Origin: Bdellovibrionota bacterium
GTDB lineage: Bacteria > Bdellovibrionota > UBA2394
DNA length: 64,000 bases
Assembly: GCA_044351695.1 (NCBI GenBank)
Contig: JBILFF010000001.1
Span: 66,722 to 130,721 of the forward strand
Direction: 5' to 3'
The position numbers and the translations under genes were made by a program. Below the pieces are notes generated by a model that made no database searches, was not told the DNA's origin, and saw only the letters and a list, made by a program, of their open reading frames with translations. Below are positions 52,390-62,048 of the stretch, in pieces; the first letter of the stretch is position 1, and each line of letters starts with the position of its first letter.

Positions 52390-54392
52390 TGCTGCAGCGA
52401 TCGGGTGGCGACGAAAAATTTTCGCTTCGAAGCCCGCTTACGCCTAAAGGGAGCCAGCCCGAGGCCATTGATCGACTGCTGAAAGGCCTTCGGTCTGGGA
52501 TCAAGGATCAGGTTTTGCTGGGGATCACGGGGTCTGGAAAGACCTTCACGATTGCAAACGTGGTTCATCAAATCAATCGGCCCACGCTGGTGATGGCCCA
52601 CAACAAAACCTTGGCCGCACAGCTTTTTATGGAGTTTCGAGAACTCTTTCCTGAGAATGCCGTGGAGTATTTTGTAAGCTTTTACGATTACTACCAGCCC
52701 GAAGCCTACGTGCCCTCCAGCGACACCTATATTGAAAAAGATTCTACGATCAACGAGACCATCGATAAAATGCGGCACTCCGCAACGCAGTCTTTGCTCG
52801 AGCGAAATGATGTTCTTATTGTGAGTTCGGTATCTTGCATTTACGGCCTTGGATCGCCCGAGGCCTACTATGGATTGCTTTTGCATCTACATGCGGATCA
52901 GTCGATTAAGCGCGAAGAGATTATTCAGAAGCTGGTGGAGATCCGTTACTCTCGTCGAGACCAAGATTTTTCAAGGGGCTGCTTTCGAGTTCGAGGAGAT
53001 GTGATTGAGGTTTTTCCTGCCTCAGAGGAGCGGCTAGCGATTCGAATCGAGCTGTTCGGAGATTATATTGAGTCCCTATCTGAAATTGACCCGCTGACGG
53101 GTACAAAAATTCGCAAACTCTCAAAGGCCTCTATTTATCCAACCTCTCACTACATTACTTGGCCTGATACGCTTAAAAAAGCGCGCGAGACTATTCGCGA
53201 GGAGTTAGAGGCCTGTGTCGTTGATCTTCGCAATCGCGAAAAAATTTTAGAGGCTAAGCGATTAGAGCAAAGAACGCGCTTTGATTTAGAGATGATGGAG
53301 CAGGTCGGTTTTTGTGCAGGCATTGAGAATTACTCGCGGCATCTCACGGGCCGAAAAACGGGAGAGCCCCCCTACACCTTGCTCGACTACTTTCCGAAAG
53401 ATTTTTTGCTGGTAGTCGATGAAAGCCATCAAACCATACCGCAGATCGGTGGCATGTATCATGGCGACCGCTCTCGCAAAATGACCCTGGTGGATCATGG
53501 ATTTCGTTTGCCCTCGGCCTTAGATAACCGCCCCCTAACCTTTGAAGAGTTTAAAGAAAGAACAGGACAAACAATTTATGTTTCTGCAACGCCGGCAGCT
53601 TATGAGCTTAAGTTGGCGGGGCCCAATGTGGCAGAACAAGTCATTCGACCGACTGGTTTGTTAGACCCCGAAATCGAGATAAAGCCCGCGACCAACCAGG
53701 TCGATCATTTAATGGCGCATTTGCGCGATCAAGTGAAGCGGGCCGAGAGAACGCTGATCACGACGCTCACTAAAAATAGTGCTGAGAATCTCTGCGAGTA
53801 TCTTCAAAAGCTGAATTTTCGGGTTCGCTACATGCACGCCGATGTCGAAACCATGGAGCGCTCTCAACTCATTAAGGATTTACGGCTTGGACTTTTTGAT
53901 ATTCTGATCGGAATCAATCTTTTGCGAGAGGGTCTGGATATTCCAGAAGTGAGTTTGGTGGCAGTGCTGGACGCCGACAAAGAGGGTTTCTTGCGATCTG
54001 AAACGGCGCTGCTTCAAATTTGTGGTCGAGCCGCGCGTAATGTGCGGGGCCGGGTCATTATGTTTGCCGACGAGGTGACCGAATCGATGAGGCGGTGTAT
54101 CGAAATCACGCAAAAGAGACGCAAACTCCAAGAGGACTATAATCTAAAACATGGAGTGAAGCCCGGCACCATCAAGCGGGAGATTCAAAAAAGTCTGCAA
54201 GAGGTGGCTAAAGAAGTTGGGCTTGTGGTCGAAGAGACCGCTGCGATTGAAGATTTGGGTAGTGATATTGCGCAACTTGAGGCGCAGAAAAAAGAGGCCG
54301 TTAAGAATTTAGACTTTGAGTCGGCGGCAAAAATTCGAGACCGAATCGCGGAGCTCAAAAAGGCTATCGTCTTAGAGGGCAATCGTGCCTGA
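52386..54392 (+). CDS. uvrB: Excinuclease ABC subunit B
   Basis: Helicase motifs (GITGSGKT, DESH), beta-hairpin region, C-terminal UVR domain (…NLDFESAAKIRDRIAELK…). Confidence 0.95.
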   Translation: MMLQRSGGDEKFSLRSPLTPKGSQPEAIDRLLKGLRSGIKDQVLLGITGSGKTFTIANVVHQINRPTLVMAHNKTLAAQLFMEFRELFPENAVEYFVSFYDYYQPEAYVPSSDTYIEKDSTINETIDKMRHSATQSLLERNDVLIVSSVSCIYGLGSPEAYYGLLLHLHADQSIKREEIIQKLVEIRYSRRDQDFSRGCFRVRGDVIEVFPASEERLAIRIELFGDYIESLSEIDPLTGTKIRKLSKASIYPTSHYITWPDTLKKARETIREELEACVVDLRNREKILEAKRLEQRTRFDLEMMEQVGFCAGIENYSRHLTGRKTGEPPYTLLDYFPKDFLLVVDESHQTIPQIGGMYHGDRSRKMTLVDHGFRLPSALDNRPLTFEEFKERTGQTIYVSATPAAYELKLAGPNVAEQVIRPTGLLDPEIEIKPATNQVDHLMAHLRDQVKRAERTLITTLTKNSAENLCEYLQKLNFRVRYMHADVETMERSQLIKDLRLGLFDILIGINLLREGLDIPEVSLVAVLDADKEGFLRSETALLQICGRAARNVRGRVIMFADEVTESMRRCIEITQKRRKLQEDYNLKHGVKPGTIKREIQKSLQEVAKEVGLVVEETAAIEDLGSDIAQLEAQKKEAVKNLDFESAAKIRDRIAELKKAIVLEGNRA

Positions 54393-56244
54393 AATTTCTT
54401 ATCAGGCTTACAGCGATCTTGAGCAGCTTCCGACGGGTACAGGATGTTATATTTTTAAGAGCCAAGAAGGCGGAGTTGTTCTTTATGTGGGTAAGGCTAA
54501 AAACCTTCGGGCCCGGGTCCGACAATATTTTATTCATGAAGAAGGGGATGGCCGTGCTTTTTCTAGGATCATCGGAGAGCGTACTCGCTTTATTGAGTTT
54601 ATTCTCGTTCAGACCGAGCAAGACGCTTTTGTCTTAGAGAACGAGCTCATCAAAAAACACCACCCTCTCTACAATATTCACTTAAAGGACGACAAAAGAT
54701 ATCTCAGCCTTCGTTTGGATCTGCAGCACGAGTGGCCCCGAGTCGATGTGGTGAGAAAAATTAAAAAAGACGGAGCGGTCTACTTTGGACCGTTTTCGTC
54801 AGCCACTCGTTTGCGTGAAACACTGAATACGATGCAGCAGGTCTTTCCGCTTCGTTCATGTCCTGACTCAAAGCTCTATAACCGGTCTCGGCCCTGTATC
54901 GAATACGATATCAAACGATGTGTGGCCCCGTGTGTAGGCAAGGTGACCCGAGAAGACTACCGCGCGCTGGTGGACCAAGCTGTAAAATTTTTAAAAGGAG
55001 ACAGTGAGCCGCTGATGACTGAGCTAGAGAGTCAGATGAATGAGGCCGCACACTCAGAGAAGTACGAAGAAGCCGCCCTGCTTCGAGATCGCTTAAAAGC
55101 CATCGCTGAAATCACGCAATCCAAGCAACAGGTGATATCGCAAGATCAATATCAAAAAGGATTCGATTGTGATGCGCTCGGCCTCGCGCGAGACGAGGAG
55201 CGGTTGATTGTTGTTCTCCTGTTTGTGAGGAGCGGGGTGATCTTGGATCAGCGAAGCTTTGATATCCGACATAAAAATCTCGAAGAAGCGGAGCTCCTCG
55301 CGCAGTTCATTGATCGCTACTACAACAGTGAGGTCTATGTGCCTCATGAGGTTTTGGTTCGGCGAACTTTGGACTCGGATCAAGAGCTTTTGCCGGTGCG
55401 ACTGGTGATTCCTCGGGCCGAGGAGAAGAAGAACTTTTTACAGATCGCCGAAAAAAATGCCGAAGCTCAGCTGACGGCGCGGCGCGAGAGAAAAGAAAAG
55501 GTTTCGGCCATCTTGGATGCTCTTCAAAAGCACTTGGGCCTGAGCAAGCGCCCCACGACCATGGACTGTCTGGATATTTCGCACCACCAGGGAGAAGAGG
55601 TGGTGGCTTCGGTCGTGCGATTTCGCGATGGCGTGCCGGAGAAGGATTTTTATCGTCGAATTCGGCTCGAGGTGCAGCGGGTAGATGATTTTGCCTCCAT
55701 GAGAGAGGTGATCCGAAGGCGATACAAGAAACAAGAGGATCTGCCTGATCTCGTGGTGATTGATGGGGGCCGAGGACAACTAAGCTCTGCGGAGGAGGCC
55801 TTTCGCGAGAATGGATTTTTAGAGCATATCGATTTGGTTTCGCTGGCCAAGGCGCGCGAGACCCATGAGCCCATCGACCCCTTTAATCCGATGAATCGAG
55901 AGCGCATTTTTAAGTTGGGGCAAAAAAATCCAATTTTGTTAGCAAAAGATTCGTCAGAAGAATTGCTTTTGAGCTTTTTGCGAGATGAGGCCCATCGTTT
56001 TGCGATCACTTATCATCGCAAGCGGCGTTTAGATTCGATTTCGACCTCTATTTTAGATCAGATTCCGGGAATGAGCTCGAAACAGAAAATTAGACTTTTA
56101 AAAGAGTTTGGCTCGGTGAAGGGGATACGGGGAGCCAGCGATTTTGATTTGCTTAAACTGGTGAAGCCAAGACTGCTCGAAAAAATTCGAGAACATCTTT
56201 CGGCGGAGCTCGACGTCGAAGAGGATTTTTCAGAAGAAGAATAA
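54385..56244 (+). CDS. uvrC: Excinuclease ABC subunit C
   Basis: GIY-YIG N-terminus (GCYIFKS…LYVGKAKNLRARV), UVR domain, Endo V-like domain and HhH. Confidence 0.95.
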   Translation: MPEISYQAYSDLEQLPTGTGCYIFKSQEGGVVLYVGKAKNLRARVRQYFIHEEGDGRAFSRIIGERTRFIEFILVQTEQDAFVLENELIKKHHPLYNIHLKDDKRYLSLRLDLQHEWPRVDVVRKIKKDGAVYFGPFSSATRLRETLNTMQQVFPLRSCPDSKLYNRSRPCIEYDIKRCVAPCVGKVTREDYRALVDQAVKFLKGDSEPLMTELESQMNEAAHSEKYEEAALLRDRLKAIAEITQSKQQVISQDQYQKGFDCDALGLARDEERLIVVLLFVRSGVILDQRSFDIRHKNLEEAELLAQFIDRYYNSEVYVPHEVLVRRTLDSDQELLPVRLVIPRAEEKKNFLQIAEKNAEAQLTARRERKEKVSAILDALQKHLGLSKRPTTMDCLDISHHQGEEVVASVVRFRDGVPEKDFYRRIRLEVQRVDDFASMREVIRRRYKKQEDLPDLVVIDGGRGQLSSAEEAFRENGFLEHIDLVSLAKARETHEPIDPFNPMNRERIFKLGQKNPILLAKDSSEELLLSFLRDEAHRFAITYHRKRRLDSISTSILDQIPGMSSKQKIRLLKEFGSVKGIRGASDFDLLKLVKPRLLEKIREHLSAELDVEEDFSEEE

Positions 56245-56314
56245 GCGCCGAAACCACTTCATGACGGAGGTTTCTTCGGGCCGAGTGTAAACGGAGGCTG
56301 GCGCAAAGGCCTCT

Positions 56315-58411
56315 GTGGGCCCGGGCTGCGCAGGATGCATTTTGCCTGTGCGAAACTTTCCGTTTCTTGTTTTGTTTTTGGGTGTCGTGGCGGGGGCCAG
56401 TTTTTTTTGGATGGATGAGCGGTGGTCGATGGGTCTTGTCTTGGGGCTCAGCTTGCTTTTCGGCCGCTCCTTTTATTTTTTCTTAGGACTTGTGGGCGGC
56501 GGGTTTTCTCAGTTTTTGAGTGCTGTATTTTTGCCCGTGCAAAGCACTCCTCCCGATTGGGAGAGCTACTTGACTCAGCAAAGCATTCGAGTAAGTGAGC
56601 GCGGGCCGTATGGTTCCTTGGTCGAGTGGCGCGGCGGCATGTGGAGGAGCTCGTTGCATTTAGCTCGCGGGCAAGAATGCATCGCTGACTTTTCTATTCA
56701 TCCCAGGACGACTGAGGAGGGCTTGGCTTTTCCTTCGGTAGAGCGGCTCAGGAGGGCTCGCGAAGATGAGGGCCGGCTAAAGATTTACACGAGCAATTGT
56801 GAGGTCGAAAAATCGAGTTCTGAGGGGGGAGTGGCCCATCGCCTTTTTAGGGCCCTTTGGTTGGGAGATCAGTCGGCTCTGGCACAGTCGTGGTGGAGAG
56901 ATCTCAATCACTTGAGCATGAGTCATTTGATCGTTGTCTCGGGCTCTCACTTGGCCATGATTGTGGGTTTTTGGGTTTTTTCGTTGAGTTGGGTGGTTCG
57001 TCGCTTTGCGCTTCCTGCACATTATCTTTTTTTTCGCGCCAGTGTAGCGACCGTGGTTTTGGGTCTATGCTTTCTTTGGCCGCCTGAAGTTCCGATTCTG
57101 CGCGCAGCCGCGGCTTATCTCTCGCGAAGTTTCTTGGGCTATTGGTGGCCAGCGGTGTTTCGGTTTCGACTGAGTGAGTGGACGATGATGGTGGCGATCT
57201 TGTTTGCGTTGATCTTTCCAGCCGAGCTACACACTAAATCTTTTCTGTTTAGTTTTGGGGCGGCCTGGTCTTTAGCGGCAGCCCACGAGTCTCGCGCAAC
57301 TCAATCTTGGATGGTTTTGCTGGTACCCAGCTTTTTTGTCGCCGGACTGGCTTCTTTTTGGGCGCTCGATCAAAGCGGTCTCAGCGTTCTGTTGAGTCTG
57401 CCGATGATTGCTTTTTTCGGGTTCATTCTTATGCCTGGTGTGGCGGTGGCAGAGATTTTTGGGGGCCTCTCAGCGATAGAGCGGATCGCCCAGACTTTTA
57501 TTGAAAGCACTCATCAGATCGCAGAGTTCTCGCGCAGCTCGGTGATACAGCCCTCATCACCTGCCTGGCTAGGGCTGGGGTTATTTTTCTTGATGGTGGT
57601 GGTTTTGTGCAAAGAGCGGGCGCCTCTTTTTAAAAAGCTGTGTTTGCTCATCCCTCTTTATGGAGCCCTGTTTATTCCCGTGCATTTACGACCCACGGCT
57701 AACCAACTAGAGATGATTGATGTGGGGCAGGGTGATGGCTTTATTCTGAGTCTTGATGGTCGTCGAATGGTGATCGATGGAGGAGATCGCCCGCACCTGG
57801 TCGACAGCCTTCTGCGCTCGGGCAGGGCTCATGTGGATCTCTGGGTGCTTTCACATTTTGATCAGGACCACTCCAAAGCGGTTCTTGAAAATCTTCATCG
57901 CCTTTCGATTGAGCAAATTTGGGTCCCACGTCTTGATCGATCGAAGCTATCAAAATCTTTGCGATCAAGGGCCGTGATCGAGCTGGGCTCGTCTTGGCGC
58001 GAATGGACTTTGGGGGACTGGCGAGTGGTGGGTGTTGTGCCGACGCCGGGTCGAAGAGGTAAGATAAGAAATAAAAACAGTCTTTGTTTGTTTGTTTTTA
58101 AAAAACAGCGCTTGATCGCTCTTTTCTTGGGCGATCTGGATGCTCAAGGGGAGCGCCGACTCATGGAGCTCTGGAATTTTAGTGACGCGCGGCTTCCGAT
58201 TCTTAAGGTGGCGCATCATGGATCCAGGTCGAGTTCATCCCAAGAGCTATTAAGTCAAAGCCGGCCTCAGTCGGCACTGGTGTCGTCGGGTCGAGTCAAT
58301 CAGTATGGTCACCCGCATTATGACGTGATCGATAGATTGGAACGCACCGGCTCTTTTATTATGTCCACCTCAGCCCAAGGCTCGGTGATTTTAGATCTGG
58401 ACCGAATATAA
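56315..58411 (+). CDS. comEC: DNA internalization competence protein ComEC/Rec2
   Basis: Polytopic competence domain plus C-terminal metallo-beta-lactamase domain (…IDVGQGDGFIL…, …HFDQDH…, …KVAHHGS…). Confidence 0.8.
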   Translation: MGPGCAGCILPVRNFPFLVLFLGVVAGASFFWMDERWSMGLVLGLSLLFGRSFYFFLGLVGGGFSQFLSAVFLPVQSTPPDWESYLTQQSIRVSERGPYGSLVEWRGGMWRSSLHLARGQECIADFSIHPRTTEEGLAFPSVERLRRAREDEGRLKIYTSNCEVEKSSSEGGVAHRLFRALWLGDQSALAQSWWRDLNHLSMSHLIVVSGSHLAMIVGFWVFSLSWVVRRFALPAHYLFFRASVATVVLGLCFLWPPEVPILRAAAAYLSRSFLGYWWPAVFRFRLSEWTMMVAILFALIFPAELHTKSFLFSFGAAWSLAAAHESRATQSWMVLLVPSFFVAGLASFWALDQSGLSVLLSLPMIAFFGFILMPGVAVAEIFGGLSAIERIAQTFIESTHQIAEFSRSSVIQPSSPAWLGLGLFFLMVVVLCKERAPLFKKLCLLIPLYGALFIPVHLRPTANQLEMIDVGQGDGFILSLDGRRMVIDGGDRPHLVDSLLRSGRAHVDLWVLSHFDQDHSKAVLENLHRLSIEQIWVPRLDRSKLSKSLRSRAVIELGSSWREWTLGDWRVVGVVPTPGRRGKIRNKNSLCLFVFKKQRLIALFLGDLDAQGERRLMELWNFSDARLPILKVAHHGSRSSSSQELLSQSRPQSALVSSGRVNQYGHPHYDVIDRLERTGSFIMSTSAQGSVILDLDRI

Positions 58412-58524
58412 AAAGGGATTAAGAATAAAGAAGTAAAAATTCGAACAAGTTTGGCGATTTAGACCGCTTGTTTAAAAATCAGTAAGTGAGTGAAATAGAA
58501 AGTTAAAAGGAGCTTAGGATTACA

Positions 58525-59034
58525 ATGAAAAGATTGGTTTCTACTTGGGGAGTATTGGGTCTGGCCTTAGCGGCTATGGCATTTACGTCGGGTTGCGCAT
58601 CTAAAAAGTCACGCGCAACAACTGGTGCGGGCAGTGAAAATAATGTGACTTATGGAACTTCTGCCGATGGCTCTTCAGACAATGGCGGCATTGGTTTGGG
58701 AACTTTGGCTCGCGTGTATTTTGATTACGACAGCTCAAATCTCTCGAGCGATTCTCGAGAGACGCTTGAGAAAAACGCTAAGGCGATCAAAGATAATCGT
58801 AAAATGCGAGTGCTGGTCGAGGGACACTGCGATGAGCGCGGATCGAATGAATACAACATCGCTTTGGGCGAAAGACGTTCTCGCGCTGTGATCGATTATT
58901 TGGTGAATTTGGGAGTGCAGAGAAGCCGCCTCGAGATGAAGAGCTGGGGAGAAGAACGACCTCTCAATGCTCAGTCCAGCGAATCTGCTTGGAAGATGAA
59001 TCGGCGAGCCGAATTCGTTATTCTTGCTAAGTAA
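58525..59034 (+). CDS. pal: Peptidoglycan-associated lipoprotein (OmpA-family)
   Basis: Lipobox TSGCAS. OmpA_C domain …VYFDYDSSNL…EGHCDERGSNEYNIALGERR…. Confidence 0.85.
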   Translation: MKRLVSTWGVLGLALAAMAFTSGCASKKSRATTGAGSENNVTYGTSADGSSDNGGIGLGTLARVYFDYDSSNLSSDSRETLEKNAKAIKDNRKMRVLVEGHCDERGSNEYNIALGERRSRAVIDYLVNLGVQRSRLEMKSWGEERPLNAQSSESAWKMNRRAEFVILAK

Positions 59035-59054
59035 TCATCATTTGGTTTTTCTTA

Positions 59055-59097
59055 AAGCCCGCATCAGCTAGATTAAGTTGATGCGGGCTTTTTATTT
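59055..59097 (+). terminator. Rho-independent terminator after pal
   Basis: aaagcccgcatcagc–tagattaa–gttgatgcgggcttttt: 11-bp GC-rich stem plus U-tract. Overlaps the annotated ybgF start. Confidence 0.7.
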
Positions 59098-59794
59098 TTA
59101 TCCCAGATTTTTTTTAGGGTTCTTTGTACTTTCTTTTGCCGTATCCGGCTGCGCTCAGCGAATCGATGAGTTTGAGATTCGAATGAAAGACATGGATGAG
59201 CGAATGAAGCTCATGGAGGGAAGATCGGGCGGTCCAGTGGGGAGCGATCGAGAGTTGTTAGAGGGTCGAAAGATTGCCGACGTCAGAACTCAACTCTCGG
59301 CCATGCGTAACGAGATCACCGTGATGAGTGGTAAGCTTGAGGCTCTCGAGCTAGAGCTGAAGAGCTTGCGAGAGCAAACCGATAACTCGCTCCGCGATCT
59401 CGATCGAAAAATCGGTCAGCAATCGTCTTCAGGCGGCGCCCCAAACGCGCCAGCGCCAGTGGCCGGGGGAGAGGCAAAGTATCGAGAAGCGTTGATGGCG
59501 CATCAGGCGGGAGATTTTGTGAAGTCTCGACGACTATTCGAGGAGTTTGTGAAGGAAAGTCCACGCTCCGCATTTGCTGACAACGCCGTTTATTGGATGG
59601 GGGAGTCCTATATGCTGGAGCGAGATCATCGCAAAGCGCTGATCCGTTTTGATGATCTGATTGCAAAGTTTCCGAATTCCGATAAAAGGTGCGATTCCCG
59701 CGATCGGCAGATCGAGGCGCTCAAAGCCCTCGGGATGGAGGATCAAGCAAAGACCTTCGCCGATCTCCGGAACTCGGAATGCAAGAAGCGCTAA
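59078..59794 (+). CDS. ybgF: Tol-Pal system protein YbgF/CpoB (coiled-coil plus TPR)
   Basis: Signal peptide, N-terminal coiled-coil, C-terminal TPR repeats (…AFADNAVYWMGESY…). Immediately downstream of pal. Confidence 0.75.
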   Translation: MMRAFYFYPRFFLGFFVLSFAVSGCAQRIDEFEIRMKDMDERMKLMEGRSGGPVGSDRELLEGRKIADVRTQLSAMRNEITVMSGKLEALELELKSLREQTDNSLRDLDRKIGQQSSSGGAPNAPAPVAGGEAKYREALMAHQAGDFVKSRRLFEEFVKESPRSAFADNAVYWMGESYMLERDHRKALIRFDDLIAKFPNSDKRCDSRDRQIEALKALGMEDQAKTFADLRNSECKKR

Positions 59795-60837
59795 AGACCA
59801 TTCGAATTCTTTCTTTTGAGTCGAGTTGTGATGACACATCGATTTGCTTAATCGAGGGGGCTCGTGGATCGAGACCGCGCGTTCTGGGCTTGGCAATTCA
59901 ATCTCAAAACGAAGTTCATGAGAAGTATGGAGGAGTCGTTCCTGAGCTGGCATCGCGGGCCCATCTCGATAATTTGATTCCCTGTCTCAAAAAAGTTCTT
60001 TCAGAGTCGGGCTTAAAAATTGAAGATCTTGATGCGATTGCGGCGACATCGCGGCCCGGCTTGGTCGGAAGCCTTTTGGTGGGCCATGCGGCTGCAAAAA
60101 CCTTGGCCTTTGTTTTCAAAAAGAAGTTCATTTCTTGCAATCATCTCGAGGGGCATCTTGCTTCGATTGAGCTGGAGGCTGAAGCTCTTCTTCCACAGAT
60201 TTGTCTCTTAGTGTCTGGGGGGCACAGCAGTATTTATTGGCGAGAGTCGCTCGATCATCATGAGGTCCTCGCACAAACATTAGATGATGCGTGTGGAGAG
60301 GCTTTTGACAAAGGGGCCAAGCTTTTGGGTTTGGGATTTCCGGGAGGAGCTGAGCTTGAGAAGCTGGCAAAAGGGGGCGACTCTCATGCCTTTGATTTTG
60401 GGGTGGTCCGGGTTCCGGGACTAGATTTAAGTTTTAGTGGTCTCAAGTCTCAACTCAATCGCTTTATTCAGAAGCGAGCTGATCAGGAGCGACTAGATCG
60501 AGATTCACAGGAGCTTAAGAACTTAGCAGCCTCTTATCAAAAAGCGCTTTTTGATCATCTCGTTGCAAAACTCAATCGGGCTCTTGAAGAAAAGAAGCCC
60601 CAGTCTCTCGCGGTCGTGGGTGGGGTTGCACGCAATCAAGAGTTGCGCTCAAGAATCGAGGCTCTGGTTCAAAAGCATCGCCTCAAGCAGCTTCTCATTC
60701 CTTCTCCCGCTTATTGTACTGACAACGCGGCGATGATTGCGGCTCTTGCTCTTCGAAAATTCTGGCGCTCAGAATTTTCGGATCTTTCAGACGATGTGGC
60801 GTCTACGACGAGACCACCGGTGAGACATGCCCGTTAA
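59779..60837 (+). CDS. tsaD: tRNA N6-adenosine threonylcarbamoyltransferase TsaD (start taken at MQEALKTIRIL…)
   Basis: …ILSFESSCDDTSI…, …GVVPELASRAH…, …VSGGHSS… motifs. Confidence 0.9.
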   Translation: MQEALKTIRILSFESSCDDTSICLIEGARGSRPRVLGLAIQSQNEVHEKYGGVVPELASRAHLDNLIPCLKKVLSESGLKIEDLDAIAATSRPGLVGSLLVGHAAAKTLAFVFKKKFISCNHLEGHLASIELEAEALLPQICLLVSGGHSSIYWRESLDHHEVLAQTLDDACGEAFDKGAKLLGLGFPGGAELEKLAKGGDSHAFDFGVVRVPGLDLSFSGLKSQLNRFIQKRADQERLDRDSQELKNLAASYQKALFDHLVAKLNRALEEKKPQSLAVVGGVARNQELRSRIEALVQKHRLKQLLIPSPAYCTDNAAMIAALALRKFWRSEFSDLSDDVASTTRPPVRHAR

Positions 60838-61597
60838 GTTTGGCCAAAATTTTTTAAATGATCCGAGTTGGCAAAAGCGAATTGTGGATTGGTTTAAGCC
60901 TGAGGGATTTGTAGTAGAGATCGGGCCGGGTCGGGGCGCCTTGACCCAGCACTTGAAAAAAAAATATCAGGATCTTCTCGCCATCGAAATTGATCGTCGC
61001 CTGACCGAGATTCATCAAAACCAGGGCTATGGCTTTATCAGTCAGGATTTTTTAGAATGGGATTTTCGATGGGCAGATCAAGAGCTCAAATCTTTTTCGG
61101 TGATTAGTAATCTTCCTTACGATGTAGGGACAAAGATCCTCGAGCGACTGGTGATCGAGCAGGCTCGTGTTCCGCATTTCGTGGTGATGCTGCAAAAAGA
61201 AGTGGCTGAACGTGTGGCCGCAAAGCCAAGGACGAAGTCCTTTGGAAGCTTGAGTGTGCTTGTTCAGGGGGCTTATGAGATTGAGCTGCTCGGAACGCTT
61301 CCGCCCGGGGCGTTTTCACCACCGCCAAAAGTTTACTCTTCAGTGATTCGTGGATTTCGGCGCGTGACAGCCGTGGTACCGCAAACCGAGGCTTTTCGTG
61401 CCTTTGTGAAGCGAGCCTTCTTGCACAAAAGAAAAACGATTTCTAACGCTCTTCGGGCGTTTTTAGATCGTGATCAGGTCGTCTCAGCACTGCTCAGCGC
61501 GCAGATTCTGCCCACCGCTCGAGCGGAGGAGCTTGATTTGTCGGACTGGAATCGGCTCTATAGTCAATTGAGCGAGGCCATGAAGTCGGGTGAATAA
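60827..61597 (+). CDS. rsmA: 16S rRNA (adenine1518/1519-N6)-dimethyltransferase
   Basis: …GQNFL.D… N-terminus, SAM-binding EIGPGRGALT, …NLPY…. Confidence 0.9.
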   Translation: MPVKFGQNFLNDPSWQKRIVDWFKPEGFVVEIGPGRGALTQHLKKKYQDLLAIEIDRRLTEIHQNQGYGFISQDFLEWDFRWADQELKSFSVISNLPYDVGTKILERLVIEQARVPHFVVMLQKEVAERVAAKPRTKSFGSLSVLVQGAYEIELLGTLPPGAFSPPPKVYSSVIRGFRRVTAVVPQTEAFRAFVKRAFLHKRKTISNALRAFLDRDQVVSALLSAQILPTARAEELDLSDWNRLYSQLSEAMKSGE

Positions 61598-62048
61598 GCG
61601 AGATCAAAAAGAGACCTTGATTGCAGAGAATCGCAAGGCTCGATTCAACTATAGCATTCAAGAAACTTACGAAGCGGGCATCGTTTTGAGGGGGACGGAG
61701 GTCAAATCTTGTCGTGCGCATAAGGTGAACCTCTCGGATGGATTTTGTAGTTTTAAGGGGCACGAACTTTTTTTGAACAATGTGCACATCAATGAGTTCA
61801 CGCACGGAAATCGTTTTAATCATGAGGTAAGAAGGGTTCGAAAGTTGCTTCTGAAGAAAAAAGACCTTCTTAAGTTGCTGCCATCGGTGCAGAAGTCTTT
61901 GAGCTTGATTCCTCTAAAAATGTACATCAAAGGAAGCTTTATTAAAGTTTTGATCGGATTGGGTAAGGGCAAAAAAGCTCACGACAAGAGAGAAGACATT
62001 AAAAAGAAAGATACAGATCGCGAGATTCAGCGACAAATGAGACGGTGA
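61590..62048 (+). CDS. smpB: SsrA-binding protein
   Basis: …IAENRKARFNY.I.E..EAGIVL.GTEVKS… canonical SmpB. Confidence 0.95.
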   Translation: MNKRDQKETLIAENRKARFNYSIQETYEAGIVLRGTEVKSCRAHKVNLSDGFCSFKGHELFLNNVHINEFTHGNRFNHEVRRVRKLLLKKKDLLKLLPSVQKSLSLIPLKMYIKGSFIKVLIGLGKGKKAHDKREDIKKKDTDREIQRQMRR

